Shown here in pieces: positions 63,350 through 64,000 of a DNA stretch of 64,000 nt. This DNA comes from Raillietiella orientalis (lineage: Eukaryota): NCBI GenBank assembly GCA_036172245.1, contig JAYWIR010000031.1:1860001-1924000 (forward strand), in the 5' to 3' direction. Position 1 is the stretch's first letter, and each line of letters opens with the position of its first letter. The translations under genes and the position numbers were made by a program. The notes under the pieces were generated by a model that ran no database searches, was not told where the DNA came from, and saw nothing but the letters and a program-made list of their open reading frames with translations.

Positions 63350-64000
63350 CTTTGCGCACCTCCACAAGTAAAACGGGAAGGGTTGAAACATTGGGAGATT
63401 TCCAAACGAGTCGGACCTGGCAATGGCGTTGAGGGGACTCACAAGCGAGCGGTGCCAAGGGTGTTCCAGGCAAACCAAGCGGCGATGATCATCCTGCATG
63501 GCACGCGTGCACCGTGAGGAAAAAGAGGCCCCCGTGCTCTGAAAGAACTCTTCCGAAGGTCGTCGATGTGGAAGCCATCCAATGGTTCGGGTCTACAGGA
63601 CCGAAAAAGTCTCAAGACACAGGACATTCCGTGCTACCAGAATCCCGAGTTCCAGATACCAGGAGTTGCAGATTTCTGATCGAGGGAATGCACAGATGGA
63701 AATGCACTACTGGAGGAGCAAGCGTCTTGGCAAGAAGTGCGGTGGGGTGGAATACCCTCGGTTTGCACCTTCTTTATCGATGCAGGCTGGTTCAGGGGAA
63801 TGACAACTGGCCACAACACCGCAGCTTCCATCCTCTGTTCGTATCAATCATGAATACAAGAACCCCTGCAACGAAGATTCTCTAACCGGCCATTTTCCTG
63901 TGTGCAGTCGGTTTGAGTCCCGAAGATCAGCAACGTGGGATGCCACCGACACACTTTGGTTTCCACACAAAGCCTTCCTGAGGAATCCCCACCACCGACT
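63350..64000 (-). mobile_element. Degenerate LINE ORF2 C-terminus
   Basis: Minus-strand GIPPHRTSCQDAC...VHSL...GIW and IIAAWFAWNT (W.IW..RN-like). Confidence 0.4.

Noticed and set aside
1..64000. CRISPR array, rRNA, hammerhead ribozyme or prokaryotic operon
   Set aside because: No regularly spaced repeat-spacer array, no rRNA signature and no run of intact genes. The CTGATGA hits I looked at (7767, 18183, 52441, 59543) showed no convincing hammerhead stems.

Overview
Repeat-rich eukaryotic DNA with homopolymer tracts, no operon structure and no intact protein-coding gene that I can support; the organism cannot be identified from this window. Most recognisable sequence is decayed non-LTR retrotransposons (LINEs): a near full-length L1/Tx1-like copy at about 20.8-26.0 kb and about ten fragments, two of which carry an OTU-like cysteine protease upstream of the AP endonuclease and one of which carries RNase H. 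A long (~0.9 kb) SINE-like family with a tRNA-like head and apparently conserved RNA secondary structure occurs four times plus one fragment. A 1.59-kb block (LINE 3' end plus SINE body) is present twice in inverted orientation with only 3 differences that I could see (426-2013 and 24691-26278); the left copy sits inside another SINE copy. Also present are a bacterial-type glmS pseudogene, HAD-phosphatase, HMG-box and ankyrin-like remnants, a 367-bp MITE and a 1.1-kb foldback. All protein calls come from motif recognition by eye in frameshifted translations; no database search or RNA folding was run.
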